The position numbers and the translations under genes are program-made. From an uncultured Planctomycetaceae bacterium (lineage in GTDB: Bacteria > Planctomycetota > Planctomycetia > Pirellulales > UBA1268): a stretch of 64,000 bases of DNA. Below the pieces are notes generated by a model, which ran no database searches, was not told where the DNA came from, and saw nothing but the letters and a program-made list of their open reading frames with translations. The stretch covers positions 8,970 to 72,969 of the forward strand of contig CAISJI010000216.1 of assembly GCA_903885565.1 (NCBI GenBank), in the 5' to 3' direction. Positions 16,890 through 26,845 of this stretch are shown piece after piece (position 1 is the first letter of the stretch; the number at the start of each line of letters is the position of its first letter).

Positions 16890-18317
16890 ATGGTTCAGCC
16901 CGACGAGCCACCCGCCGGCATCCATTGCCCCTCTCCGCCTGGCGGCCCAGACACGGGGGGCTCGCAGAGCGCCGTGCCTGTGCTGCAGCCCCTGCTCTGG
17001 TTGGCAGCGCCGATGCTGCTCGGGCAGGCGGGACAGGTGCTCCTGCAACTGACCGATACAGTCATGATCGGCCACGTCGGGCCGGTGCCGCTGGCCGGCG
17101 CGGCGCTGGCGGGCAACTTTGTGATGTTCGTCCTCTACTTCGCTTACGGTGCCCTGGGGGCAGTTTCGCCGCGGATCGCCGGAGCCTTCGGAGCCGGTGC
17201 CACCGCCGAGGCGGCCCGCACGATGCGGGCGGGGGTGTTGCTGGCGCTGGCGATCGGGCTGGCCATCGCGCTGACGCTCGCTGGCGTGTCTCCGTTTCTG
17301 GGGCAACTCGGACAACCGGCCGAGGTGGCCGCATCATGCCGGGGCTATCTGCTGCTGATCGCCTGGTCGCTGCCGGCGGCCCTGATTGCCGTGGTGCTCG
17401 GGCAGGTTGCCGAGGCGGTTGACCGTCCCTGGCCGGTGCTGGGGTTTATGGGCGCAGCCGTGGCCTTCAATGCCGGGCTCAACTGGCTTCTCATCTTCGG
17501 TCACTGGGGCTGCCCGGCCCTGGGGCTGGAGGGGGCTGGGTGGGCGACGCTCACTGCCCGTTGGCTTCATGCAGCGGCGCTGGTGATCTGGATCTGTCTC
17601 GATCGGGGGATGCGGCCGTTTTGGAGCGTGCCCGTCGGCCGCAGTCTGTTCTCGCTGACCGGCCAGCTCTTCCGGCAGGGGTTGCCGGTGGCGGCGCAGG
17701 ATGTTGTGGAGGGGGGATCGTTCGCCGCCGGATCGTTGATGCTCGGGTGGGCTGGCACGATGGCGCTGGCGGCCAATCAGGTGACGATCGGAATCGCCTC
17801 GCTGGCGTGGATGATTCCGGTGTCGCTTTCGATGGCGACGGGGGTGCGCGTGGCCCAGGCGGCTGGCGCAGGGGATCTCGCCACGGCCCGACGCACAGGC
17901 ATTGCCGGTGTGGCGCTGGGGGCCGGGCTGATGGCGGCCTGTGCGCTTGTTTACACCACCAGCGGCGGGTGGCTGGCCCGCTGTTTTACCGACGATGAGG
18001 AGGTGGCCCGCCTAGCCAGCACGCTGGTGGCGATCGCTGGCATCTATCAGATTTCTGACGGCATCCAATCGGTGAGCCTGGGGGCGCTGCGCGGCTTGAT
18101 GGACAACCGCGTGCCGCTGGTGGCAAACCTCATCTGTTACTGGGGCCTGAGCCTGCCGACGGTCTATCTGCTGGCCTTCCACTTTGGCTGGGGCGCCGCC
18201 GGCGTGTGGGCCGGGTATCTCCCCTGGATGGTGCTGACGGGGCTCTTTTTTCTGTGGCGATTTCTCTGGCTCACCCGTGGAGCTGGGCCCCTTCCCGCTT
18301 CAACCACAAGCCGGTAG
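16890..18317 (+). CDS. MATE family efflux transporter
   Basis: 475 aa with about 12 TM segments. LLWLAAPMLLGQAGQVLLQLTDTVMIGHVG and ISDGIQSVSLGALRGLMD are typical of NorM/MATE. Confidence 0.85.
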   Translation: MVQPDEPPAGIHCPSPPGGPDTGGSQSAVPVLQPLLWLAAPMLLGQAGQVLLQLTDTVMIGHVGPVPLAGAALAGNFVMFVLYFAYGALGAVSPRIAGAFGAGATAEAARTMRAGVLLALAIGLAIALTLAGVSPFLGQLGQPAEVAASCRGYLLLIAWSLPAALIAVVLGQVAEAVDRPWPVLGFMGAAVAFNAGLNWLLIFGHWGCPALGLEGAGWATLTARWLHAAALVIWICLDRGMRPFWSVPVGRSLFSLTGQLFRQGLPVAAQDVVEGGSFAAGSLMLGWAGTMALAANQVTIGIASLAWMIPVSLSMATGVRVAQAAGAGDLATARRTGIAGVALGAGLMAACALVYTTSGGWLARCFTDDEEVARLASTLVAIAGIYQISDGIQSVSLGALRGLMDNRVPLVANLICYWGLSLPTVYLLAFHFGWGAAGVWAGYLPWMVLTGLFFLWRFLWLTRGAGPLPASTTSR

Positions 18318-18849
18318 TGGCAAACAGCAGGCCGCTGGAGAGGAGGTTCACGCCAACAAAGACGCCGAGCAGAATGCCGGCGGCGGCCGGCTTGGTCGTC
18401 AGCAGCAAGCCGGCCAGCACGCCGGTGACCAGCCCGTCGAACAGCAGCCAGCCCCAGGGAAATTCCCGCCCGAGTTCACTCCGCATGGTGGTGGCTGCGG
18501 TGAGCTTGGCGGCGGCCTCAAGCAACAGGATCAAGCCCAGAAACACCACCAATGCCTCGATCCCCGCCTTCGGCAGCACCAGCATGGCTGCGCCCCCCAT
18601 GATCGACAGCGCACCGCACAGGAGCGTCAGCCAGAAGCCGCGACGGGTGAATGTGCCCGCCGCCAGCGCGACCTGTGCGATGCCCGCCGCGACGAGCGTG
18701 ACTCCGCAGAAGGCATCGATCACTGTCGCTGCGGCCCAGGGGGCGGCCAGCGACAGCAATCCCAGCAGGACGAGGACAGCCCCGGCCGCCAGCGACCAAT
18801 TGGCAACGCGTCCCAGGATGCGGGGATTGTCGGTTTCGAGGTCGGCCAT
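18271..18849 (-). CDS. HdeD/DUF308-family membrane protein
   Basis: 192 aa with six Gly/Ala/Leu-rich TM segments in the repeated DUF308 pattern. It overlaps the 3' end of the convergent MATE gene by 47 nt. Confidence 0.65.
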   Translation of the reverse strand: MADLETDNPRILGRVANWSLAAGAVLVLLGLLSLAAPWAAATVIDAFCGVTLVAAGIAQVALAAGTFTRRGFWLTLLCGALSIMGGAAMLVLPKAGIEALVVFLGLILLLEAAAKLTAATTMRSELGREFPWGWLLFDGLVTGVLAGLLLTTKPAAAGILLGVFVGVNLLSSGLLFATTGLWLKREGAQLHG

Positions 18850-18915
18850 GGTTTTGAATCCTGGGGAAGAGAGGAAAGAAGGGCGGCAGGGCCTGCCCGC
18901 TCCAAGGAGATAAGT

Positions 18916-21411
18916 CTACCTCCCGCGGAGGTAGGCGAGGAGATCGTAAATCTCCTCCTGCGAGAGCGTGTCGAGGAGGTTGTGCGGCATGAACGACACC
19001 TGTGACGGCGTCGTGCTCTCCAGTTCTTTCAGTGTAAACCGCACCTCGCTGCCGCCGGGATCGTTGGGATTTGTTGCGATCATCAGGGTGTCGCCCGCCA
19101 TGTTGACGGTGCGGCCGATCACCGTCGTGCCGTCGGTTTTGGTGTAGATAAGCAGCCCGTATTGCTCGTTGATCACCCTGCTCGGATGGAGGATGTTCTC
19201 GAGCAGGTCGCGGGGGCTGTAGCGGCTCCCGGCAGTGGTGAGATCGGGGCCCCCCAGGCCTCCCTCTCCCTGAAAGCTGTGGCAGGCGATGCAAGCGGCG
19301 GCGCTGAACAACTGCCGCCCCCGATCGAGATCCCGCGGCTGGGCCAGAGCGGCTGCGAGGCCCGGCGCCAGATCGTCCATGCTCCACTGTTTCACCAGTG
19401 GTCGGTTGATTGAAGGTACGGCCGGGCTCGGCTGCCGGGCGGCGGCGATCTGGTCGGCATACGCCTCACGCTGCGCGTCGGTGAGCATGGCCACCACAAT
19501 GTGGAGCAGGTGGTCGCGCATCCCCCGGGCTGTGGCGCCTCCCTTCCACTGCGGCAGCAGCACCGTTGCAATCTTGAAAAAACGTTCGCGGAGCTCGGGC
19601 GTCCAGGCAGCACTGTCTGCCGACTTGACCAGCGCCTGCGTGTACGCCACCTGTTCCTCTTGAGTCCGGCTTCGCTCCAGCAGATCGAGCGTCGGGACTT
19701 GGAACGTGTTGCTGTTAAGCGCCGCGGCCAAAGCTGCGATCGCCTCATTGACCCTCCCGTCAGGAGATGGCAGGAGTGGCTCGAGTGTGGCCAGCAACCG
19801 CCCGGCCACGGCGGGGGAATATCGGCCGTGGCGACTCGCTGAGATCGTCAGGATGCGGAGATACCAGGACTGTTCATCGGGGGGAAGCGATTTGATATCC
19901 ATCCGCTCCAAAGCCTCGAGCAGCAGCGGCTGTACCGATTGATCGCCATCGGTGGAGCGGGCGAGGGCCAGGAGCGCCTGCAGGGCCGTGCGCGGGTCAT
20001 GCTCGCTGAGGGCGCGATCTTTCCATTCCGCCACCGGTTGCCATTCGAGCGCTGCCCGGGCCGCCCCCCGGATCGCCCGGTCGGCATGGCCCAGCTGCGG
20101 CCAAACTTCTTCAATCGCAGCCGGATCAGCCCGGCCGTGAAATCGCTCCAGTTGGCGGCGCACGCGTTGGGCTGCGGCCGTCGCCTCAGCGAGCGGTTCG
20201 ACGGCGGCGGGCGCGGTCGATTCGGCGCCGGTGTAGACAACGCGGTAGAGGCCCGACTGCGTGCCTCGGCCGCCGATCAGGAAATAGAGCGCTCCATCGG
20301 CGGGCGACACCGCCACATCGGCGATGGGGAGCCCCTGGGCGCTCAGGAAGGGTTCTGGGTCGGCTGTGTAGCTGGCCCCCTCGGGCTGGAGATGAACGGC
20401 GAACATCCGGCCGTAGCTCCAGTCGCAAGCAAAGAGCGCCTGCTGATAGCGGGCAGGAAACGTCGCGCCGGAGCCGAAGCAGACCCCCGTGGGGGAACCG
20501 GGGCCGATGTTTTTCAGCGGTGGCTGGATCTCTTCCCAGGCGGGCGTCCAGCTCCAGAGCATCTCCCCGGCCCGACCACCCCAGCCGGCGTCGGCGCCGC
20601 TGACGATCTGCCGGATCGCCGTGGGACGGTAGTTCGGGAGGCCCAAATCATTTTCCAGATCGCTGTCGAAAGTGAACAGATCGCCATGGTGGTTGAAGGC
20701 CATGTCGTAGGCGTTGCGCAGGCCCATGCAGAGATATTCCATGTTCCCACCGTCGAGATCGGCCCGCACCACCCACCCGCCGGAATAGGGCTCTGGAGTG
20801 AAGCCGTGATCCCAGCTGTCGCGGTTCCAATGCTTTGGTGTGCAGCCCGCGCTGCAGGGAAGGCCGTTGCGATCGCCGCTGATCATCACAATGGAGCGGC
20901 CATCCGGGGCCGGCACGACTGCATGCAGGCTGTGTTCCACCCAGTTGGCGGCGTCCCCGGTCACCAGCGGAAATTCGTGGAGCGTCTCCGCGGAGTCGAG
21001 GCGGTCGTCACCATCGGTGTCGCTGATGCGCAGGAGCCGGTCGGGAGTGGGGTTTTCCGAGGCGCGATCGCCATGCTGGATCAGGTAGAGGCGGCCCTGA
21101 ATAAAGGCCATGCCTTGGGAAAAGCCCCACTGATCCGACACCACCTCGACCGTGGCTGGGGCGACCGACCCGGCTGGCGGTGGCGTGATGCGAAAGAGTC
21201 GCATGCCCTGGTCAGACGCGTAGATGCGCCCCTTGTCGTCGAAGCACATCGCCACCCACGATCCCTGCTCGCGGGGCACCGAATAGATCCGTTCCACGGC
21301 GAAGCCCTCGTGGATATGGATCGCCTCCGCGGGGGTCGCCTCTTCGGCGACTGCAGTCGAGGCGTGGGGCGTGATCGCCAGCAGGCAGGCCACGAGAAGA
21401 GGGCGGATCAT
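18916..21411 (-). CDS. PVC-type heme-binding (CxxCH) protein with beta-propeller 'membrane-bound dehydrogenase' domain and HEAT-like repeats
   Basis: The signal peptide is MIRPLLVACLLAITPHASTAVA. The N-terminal region looks like a glucose/sorbosone-dehydrogenase-like propeller. The C-terminal cytochrome c motif is CIACHSFQGEGG. The track ORF extends to 21450. Confidence 0.8.
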   Translation of the reverse strand: MIRPLLVACLLAITPHASTAVAEEATPAEAIHIHEGFAVERIYSVPREQGSWVAMCFDDKGRIYASDQGMRLFRITPPPAGSVAPATVEVVSDQWGFSQGMAFIQGRLYLIQHGDRASENPTPDRLLRISDTDGDDRLDSAETLHEFPLVTGDAANWVEHSLHAVVPAPDGRSIVMISGDRNGLPCSAGCTPKHWNRDSWDHGFTPEPYSGGWVVRADLDGGNMEYLCMGLRNAYDMAFNHHGDLFTFDSDLENDLGLPNYRPTAIRQIVSGADAGWGGRAGEMLWSWTPAWEEIQPPLKNIGPGSPTGVCFGSGATFPARYQQALFACDWSYGRMFAVHLQPEGASYTADPEPFLSAQGLPIADVAVSPADGALYFLIGGRGTQSGLYRVVYTGAESTAPAAVEPLAEATAAAQRVRRQLERFHGRADPAAIEEVWPQLGHADRAIRGAARAALEWQPVAEWKDRALSEHDPRTALQALLALARSTDGDQSVQPLLLEALERMDIKSLPPDEQSWYLRILTISASRHGRYSPAVAGRLLATLEPLLPSPDGRVNEAIAALAAALNSNTFQVPTLDLLERSRTQEEQVAYTQALVKSADSAAWTPELRERFFKIATVLLPQWKGGATARGMRDHLLHIVVAMLTDAQREAYADQIAAARQPSPAVPSINRPLVKQWSMDDLAPGLAAALAQPRDLDRGRQLFSAAACIACHSFQGEGGLGGPDLTTAGSRYSPRDLLENILHPSRVINEQYGLLIYTKTDGTTVIGRTVNMAGDTLMIATNPNDPGGSEVRFTLKELESTTPSQVSFMPHNLLDTLSQEEIYDLLAYLRGR

Positions 21412-21520
21412 AATGCTTCCAGTCGCTTTTTTTGAGGGCGTTGCGGGCACGGCGGTGCCGGTCGCCGCTGGGGACTACAATCAAAATCAGTCTTTCTATA
21501 CTACCCGGATCCCGTTCTGC

Positions 21521-23800
21521 ATGGATTCCTCATCCCCTCCATCCAAGGCCACCCCGGAGGCTCCTTCGCGGGCTTTTTCTGGGAACGACCGGGCTGATGC
21601 CACGGTTGTCTCGGCACGTCCGGAGGGTGCTGGAGCGCAGGTCAGTTCGGTCAATGCGATTGGGAGGGCCCTCGAGGGGCAGAGCCTGGGCCCCTACACC
21701 CTGGAGAGGTTTGTAGGGGGCGGGGGAATGGGGGCGGTGTTCCGGGCGGTCGACACCACGCTCGATCGGGTCGTGGCCGTCAAGGTGCTTTCGCAGCAGC
21801 AGTCGTCCGACGCCGAACTGCTGCGGCGGTTTCGGAATGAGGCCCAGTCTGCCGCCCGGCTCGACCACGAGAACATCGGCCGCGTCTACGCGGTGGGTAC
21901 GGAGAAGGGCTGGCATTTCATCGTCTTCGAGTTCATTGAAGGGACCAACCTCCGCGAGTTTGTCGCCGCCCATGGGCCGTTGGAAGTGCCGCTGGCGATC
22001 CAGTTCACCGCGCAGGTGGCCGATGCGCTCGAGCATGCCTCCCAGCGCGACGTTGTCCACCGCGACATCAAGCCCTCGAACATCATCATCACGCCGGCCG
22101 GCCGCGCCCGGGTCGTCGATATGGGGCTGGCCCGGATGCAGGCAGTGGCGGGGCGCGAGGATCTCACCGTCAGTGGCATGACGCTCGGCACATTTGACTA
22201 CATCTCGCCGGAGCAGGCCCGCGATCCCCGCGATGCCGATGTGCGCAGCGATCTTTATTCGCTCGGTTGCACGCTGTTTTTCATGCTCGCCGGCAGGGCG
22301 CCCTTTTCCGAGGGAACTGTGGTGCAGAAGCTCCTGCAGCACCAGCAGGGGGAGCCGCCGGATGTCTGTGCGCTGCGGCCCGATGTGCCTGAGCGGCTGG
22401 CGGGGGTGGTGGCCCGGTTGATGGCGAAGCAACCGGCCGACCGTTACCAGCGGCCCGCTGGCTTGGTGGCCGACCTGCGGGCCGTGGCGCATGAACTGGG
22501 GTTCGATATTGCCGATCTGAAAGTGGAGGCGGCTGTCGAGGGAGAGCCCGTGGCCCGGCCGCGGCGCTCCCCCTGGCCGTGGCTGGTGCCACTGCTGGGC
22601 TTGGCCGCCGTTGTGTTCGGACTGTGGGGAATGTCTGTCTGGCAGCGGCTGCAGGGGGCTGCTGTGAGGAGCCGTCAGGCGGTGGTGAGGGGAGGTGATG
22701 GGCAGATAGAGCCGGCTGTGACCCAGGAGGAGGCAGTCCCGCTGGAGGGGGTCGGTGGCAGGCGGGTGTGGCGGGTGGTGGAGGTACCGGAGCAGCCGGG
22801 CGAAGTTGGCTCGTGTGCGGAGGCCCTGCAACAGGCGGCCGACGGCGAAGTGATCGAATTGGCCGGCGACAGCATCCAATGGGGAGCGCCCTGTGCGGTG
22901 CAGGGGAAGAGCGTCACGCTCCGGGCCGCCGCTGGATGGTCGCCAGTGGTTCGCTGCGTCCCTGACATTTCCGAGCCTGGGGCGGCCGTCGCAGACGCTG
23001 TGGCCACCTGCACGATTGAGTCGGGCACGCTCACCTTCCAGGGCATTCACCTCAGGATGGATGTTCCCACCACGCCATCCCGGCCGGCAGTCATGATCGC
23101 TTTGGCCACGGGGGGCGTGTTGGAGTGTTCGGATGGTGAATTGGAGATGCGCCGCCAGGCGCCGCTGCCCGGGGGGCGTCCGAGGAGCCCTCCCGCAGGC
23201 GACGAGGAGGCGACGATTATCAAAGTGCTGGGACAGCCCGGCACCGGGGATGCGCGGGCAGTGGGGCCCCGCTGCGGCATGCGCATGGACCGCATGAACG
23301 CCAGTGGCTACGGGGTCTTTCTCGATGCCTCGGCGGGCGGGGTTGTGGATGTCGTCTGGTCGGGTGGACGGTGCGTTGTCGGTCAGCGGTTTCTGATTGC
23401 CAACGGGGCACTGTGGACCGCATCGCGGGGAGCGTCGATCCGGTTGGCCCTGCGCGGTGGGCTGTTTGCCTGCCGCGAGGGTTTTGTCTGGTTGAGCGAT
23501 TCCCCGGAGCGGCCGCTGCCCCCCCAGCTCCATGTCTTCGCCGGAGACTGCCGTTTCCTCACCCCTCCCGGCCGGGCCTTTTTGGAGCAGTCGGGGATGG
23601 GGGCTCCGGATGGCTATCGGGGGGCGATCGAATGGCTCGACGGCGGCAGTCGCTATGAGGGGAGCGCACTGTTTCGCAGGATCGATGCGCTGGCCGAACG
23701 GGAGGAGATCGACATCCACGCCACGGCGCAGGGGCTTCAGCATGTGCCCGGTATCGCCGGCTGGGCAGAGGGGGCTGAGTGGGAGTTTGGGGATCCCTGA
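21521..23800 (+). CDS. Ser/Thr protein kinase with TM segment and large uncharacterised C-terminal domain
   Basis: Kinase motifs are GGGGMGAVF, VAVKVL, HRDIKPSNIII, DMGLA and SPEQ. The TM segment is WPWLVPLLGLAAVVFGLWGM. About 330 aa of the C-terminus have no motif I recognise. Confidence 0.85.
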   Translation: MDSSSPPSKATPEAPSRAFSGNDRADATVVSARPEGAGAQVSSVNAIGRALEGQSLGPYTLERFVGGGGMGAVFRAVDTTLDRVVAVKVLSQQQSSDAELLRRFRNEAQSAARLDHENIGRVYAVGTEKGWHFIVFEFIEGTNLREFVAAHGPLEVPLAIQFTAQVADALEHASQRDVVHRDIKPSNIIITPAGRARVVDMGLARMQAVAGREDLTVSGMTLGTFDYISPEQARDPRDADVRSDLYSLGCTLFFMLAGRAPFSEGTVVQKLLQHQQGEPPDVCALRPDVPERLAGVVARLMAKQPADRYQRPAGLVADLRAVAHELGFDIADLKVEAAVEGEPVARPRRSPWPWLVPLLGLAAVVFGLWGMSVWQRLQGAAVRSRQAVVRGGDGQIEPAVTQEEAVPLEGVGGRRVWRVVEVPEQPGEVGSCAEALQQAADGEVIELAGDSIQWGAPCAVQGKSVTLRAAAGWSPVVRCVPDISEPGAAVADAVATCTIESGTLTFQGIHLRMDVPTTPSRPAVMIALATGGVLECSDGELEMRRQAPLPGGRPRSPPAGDEEATIIKVLGQPGTGDARAVGPRCGMRMDRMNASGYGVFLDASAGGVVDVVWSGGRCVVGQRFLIANGALWTASRGASIRLALRGGLFACREGFVWLSDSPERPLPPQLHVFAGDCRFLTPPGRAFLEQSGMGAPDGYRGAIEWLDGGSRYEGSALFRRIDALAEREEIDIHATAQGLQHVPGIAGWAEGAEWEFGDP

Positions 23801-24025
23801 GCGGAAGGGGCTGGCGGGCGACGGCAAAAACCGGCCGCTGCATCCCATTTCTTGACACCTCGGCAGCCTTCTGGTTCTAGTAAAATGAATCCCCGTCGGC
23901 CGGGGGCCAAGTTTCCCCAGCTGGGATGCCGAAAGACTTCCAGTCAAAGCGGCGGCATCAGGGTCGGAAGCATGGCCGGTGGCCGTTGGTTCGGGGCTTT
24001 TTTTACGGACAGTCAGGGAGACAGC

Positions 24026-24457
24026 ATGATGATGTCAGGCAGCGTGAGGGTTCGCAGCAATACCGGTGCGATTCTGGCAGGTGTGGCAGTGGCCGTGATG
24101 GCTGGCGCCGCAGCGCGGCCGGCATATGCGATCAAGCAGTTTGCCGATGAATTCAAGGCTGTGTATGTGAAGGCAGACAGCGCCGATCCAGCGGAGAAGG
24201 CACTGGCTACCGAAGTGGAGACGGCCAAGTGCAACGTCTGCCATGTCGGCAAGAGCAAGAAGGACCGCAACGCCTACGGCCACGCCTTGGCCGATCTGCT
24301 CGACAAGAAGGAAGACGCCAAGGATGTGGCCAAGATCCGCGCGGCGCTTGAAAAGGTGGCCGGCATGCCGAGCGACCCGGCCAAGCCCGATTCGGAGACG
24401 TTTGGCGCCCTCATCAAGCAGGGCAAACTGCCCGGTGGCCCGGTGGTGCAGGAGTAA
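24026..24457 (+). CDS. Small secreted mono-heme cytochrome c-like protein
   Basis: The signal peptide-like stretch is AILAGVAVAVMAGAAARPAYA. There is a single CNVCH heme-binding motif. AGGGAG lies upstream of the ATG at 24026. Confidence 0.7.
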   Translation: MMMSGSVRVRSNTGAILAGVAVAVMAGAAARPAYAIKQFADEFKAVYVKADSADPAEKALATEVETAKCNVCHVGKSKKDRNAYGHALADLLDKKEDAKDVAKIRAALEKVAGMPSDPAKPDSETFGALIKQGKLPGGPVVQE

Positions 24458-24525
24458 AGGAAAGAGCCCTGGATTCAGGGGTGTTCCTCGAGACTGCGGT
24501 CGCAGCCGGAGTCGGTCGGTCTCAC

Positions 24526-25890
24526 TCACTGATGAGTGTGGTTGGACCGACCACTGGCGGTTGAGGCTTTGAGGAGGAGTTCCTCCAGAGCGGGATAGGC
24601 GGCGATCTCTCCGGCCAGATCGGCCGGTGCAAAGAGCCGCACCCGCTTTACGATGTGGTCAAATTGCTCCCGAGCCAGGCTGCGCACCACGGGGGAAAGT
24701 TCCGCCAGGGTGTGCCAGGGGGGAGCGGCCTCCTGATGCCTAGGGCGGCCCCTGACCTGCAGGTTGAACTCCACCTCCCGTTCGGCCGGGGGAGCGTCGA
24801 CGATCAGCAGTTCGGGGGGAATCGGCCGCCCGAGTGCTGCCGCCAGGCTGGCCGCCAGGCGGGCCGACACCTCCGCCTTGTCGGCATACGAGCGGCCGGC
24901 GAGTGCCCGATGGAGGTTCGGGTGGCTGAGGGCGTCAAACGTTGTCACCCGCTTGAGAAGTTCCCGGCTGGCGCCAAACAGGCCCTCCACGAGTGGTTCC
25001 GTAGGAGTTCCCCGGGCCGCCGTCTGGAGCCACTCGATGCAGGTTCGGTCATCCATCCGGATCAGGTGCGGCACATCGATGTGGTCGCGCAGCAACCACA
25101 CCGCGCGCTGCAGCATGCAGGTGGCGGCGCGCACGGCGTGGTGCCAATAGACCTCGCTGAACATGACATATCTGGCAAACACCATCAGTTCTGCCGCCGT
25201 GCGTCCCTTCTCGGTGATGGCCAGTGCCTCCCCGGCCTCGTCGAGGCAGAGGCTCGAGAGCAGTCGTGATTGGTCGAAGTGCCGGCCATAAGGCACCCCC
25301 GCATGGAGGCTGTCGCGGGCGAGATAGTCCATCTTGTCGACGTCGATCGGGCCGGAGAGAAGCGAGTGGAGCAGTCGGCCGGCGCGGTCGGTGGCGGTTC
25401 CTTCGATCAGGGCGGCGACGCGGGCAGGATCGAGCCGCCACAGGGAAGTCAGGATCTCCCTCGTCTCCCCCTGACTCAGCAGCGAGGCCACGAGGGTTTC
25501 GTGTCGGGGCAGTTCCTCCAGCCCCATGTCTTCAATCGGGTGGCAGAAGGGCCAGTGGCCGATGTCGTGCGCAAGTGCCGCCACCGTGAAGGCAGCGGCG
25601 TCGTCTTCGCTGATGGCAGCCACAAACCGTTGGTCGCGGCGGAGGTGGGCCAGAAATTCAAGCGCGAGGCGATACACCCCCAGCGAATGCTCCAGCCGGG
25701 TATGGACAGCCCCGGGGTAGACCAGCGCCACCAGTCCCAACTGGCTGACTCTTGAAAGCCGGTGCAGGGTGGGGGTGTCGAGCAGCGCCCGCACGCGCGG
25801 CGTGAGCGGCACCGTCACATCTGGGGGGATGCGCACCCCCTGCACAGCGGAGTCGAGGGCGAGCAGTTCTGGAAGATTGTGGTACGACAT
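24526..25890 (-). CDS. HD-domain phosphohydrolase (dGTPase/SAMHD1-like dNTP triphosphohydrolase family)
   Basis: The motifs HTRLEHSLGVYRLA, LAHDIGHWPFCH and DVDKMDYLARD form the HD...D pattern of dNTPase-type HD proteins. Confidence 0.85.
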   Translation of the reverse strand: MSYHNLPELLALDSAVQGVRIPPDVTVPLTPRVRALLDTPTLHRLSRVSQLGLVALVYPGAVHTRLEHSLGVYRLALEFLAHLRRDQRFVAAISEDDAAAFTVAALAHDIGHWPFCHPIEDMGLEELPRHETLVASLLSQGETREILTSLWRLDPARVAALIEGTATDRAGRLLHSLLSGPIDVDKMDYLARDSLHAGVPYGRHFDQSRLLSSLCLDEAGEALAITEKGRTAAELMVFARYVMFSEVYWHHAVRAATCMLQRAVWLLRDHIDVPHLIRMDDRTCIEWLQTAARGTPTEPLVEGLFGASRELLKRVTTFDALSHPNLHRALAGRSYADKAEVSARLAASLAAALGRPIPPELLIVDAPPAEREVEFNLQVRGRPRHQEAAPPWHTLAELSPVVRSLAREQFDHIVKRVRLFAPADLAGEIAAYPALEELLLKASTASGRSNHTHQ

Positions 25891-25926
25891 GCCGACGCCT
25901 GGCTTTTTCGACCGACAGTTTGTGCA

Positions 25927-26598
25927 TCACACCGGCGGATAGCCGGCCAGCCAGCGCAGCAGTGCGGTCACCATAACATAGAAGCCATAGTGCATGGCGC
26001 CAGTGCCCCAGTCGAAATCAAAACTCACCAGGCTCGCCAGCGCCCCGACGAAAAAGAAGATGGGGCCGATGAAGAGCCACTGCCACATCTCGGCGGTGAG
26101 ATCGGGGGGAATCATGCCGTGGACCGCCCACAGCAGCGCATAGACGGCGCCACAGCCAAGCGTCCGCAGCCAGAGGTTGCTGCCGCTGTAAGGCTCCAGT
26201 TCCTTGTCCCGCATCGCGGCGTAGCCGAGTCCCGCGCAGGGCCAGGCCACGGCCAGCGCCCCCACGCCGAGCAGCCATACCGGCAGTTGGCCGGGGCCAC
26301 AAGCGAAGCGGGCCAACACCGCCGCCACAAGCAGCGCCACGGCGCCCGCTCCCATGCCAAACCATTCCAGAGGCGAGACCACCACATCGATCCGCTTTAG
26401 AGGCGCTTCCGGTGCCCGCCCGGTGCCGAGGGAGGTGGTGACAGGCGCTTCTGGCTCGTGGATCGTGACCGACTTGATCGGCGCGGCCGGGATCGTGATC
26501 GGCGCCTTGCACTTCGGGCAGGGGCCGGTTCGCCCAGCAAACTGGTCGCTGACTCGGAACGTCGCCTTGCAGGCGGAACAGAGAACCTGAATCGGCAT
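25927..26598 (-). CDS. MJ0042-type zinc-ribbon protein with C-terminal 4-5 TM domain
   Basis: MPIQVLCSACKATFRVSDQFAGRTGPCPKCKAPITIP (CxxC...CxxC) is followed by hydrophobic helices. I chose the start at M42 of the track ORF. Confidence 0.6.
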   Translation of the reverse strand: MPIQVLCSACKATFRVSDQFAGRTGPCPKCKAPITIPAAPIKSVTIHEPEAPVTTSLGTGRAPEAPLKRIDVVVSPLEWFGMGAGAVALLVAAVLARFACGPGQLPVWLLGVGALAVAWPCAGLGYAAMRDKELEPYSGSNLWLRTLGCGAVYALLWAVHGMIPPDLTAEMWQWLFIGPIFFFVGALASLVSFDFDWGTGAMHYGFYVMVTALLRWLAGYPPV

Positions 26599-26845
26599 GG
26601 GGCCACTCACTGGGATTGCCACTGGAAGCGCTGCCAATCCACCAGCGGGAGGCGGAAGTCGCAGCGCGACCTCGCGGGCCACGTGGGCAGTGTCAGAGGC
26701 GGTGGCACGGCCGTCAAGCACAGGCTCCCTTTTCGCCGTGCCGGTTCGCTGCGCGGCCTGCTACACTTCAAGTCCACTGCCGGAAACGAGGGTTGTTTCT
26801 CCCCGCCGTCTCGGCTTGTCTGGGAGTCCTGCTGGGAGTCCTGCC

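Noticed and set aside
23852-24005. A TTGACA hexamer (23852-23857) and a T7 run (23998-24004) upstream of the cytochrome c-like gene, considered as a promoter-to-terminator small RNA.
   Set aside because: The best -10 candidates (TAGTAA and TAAAAT) lie 20 and 23 nt from the -35, which is too far. I could not find a stable stem preceding the T-run. The region is probably just the 5' region of the gene.
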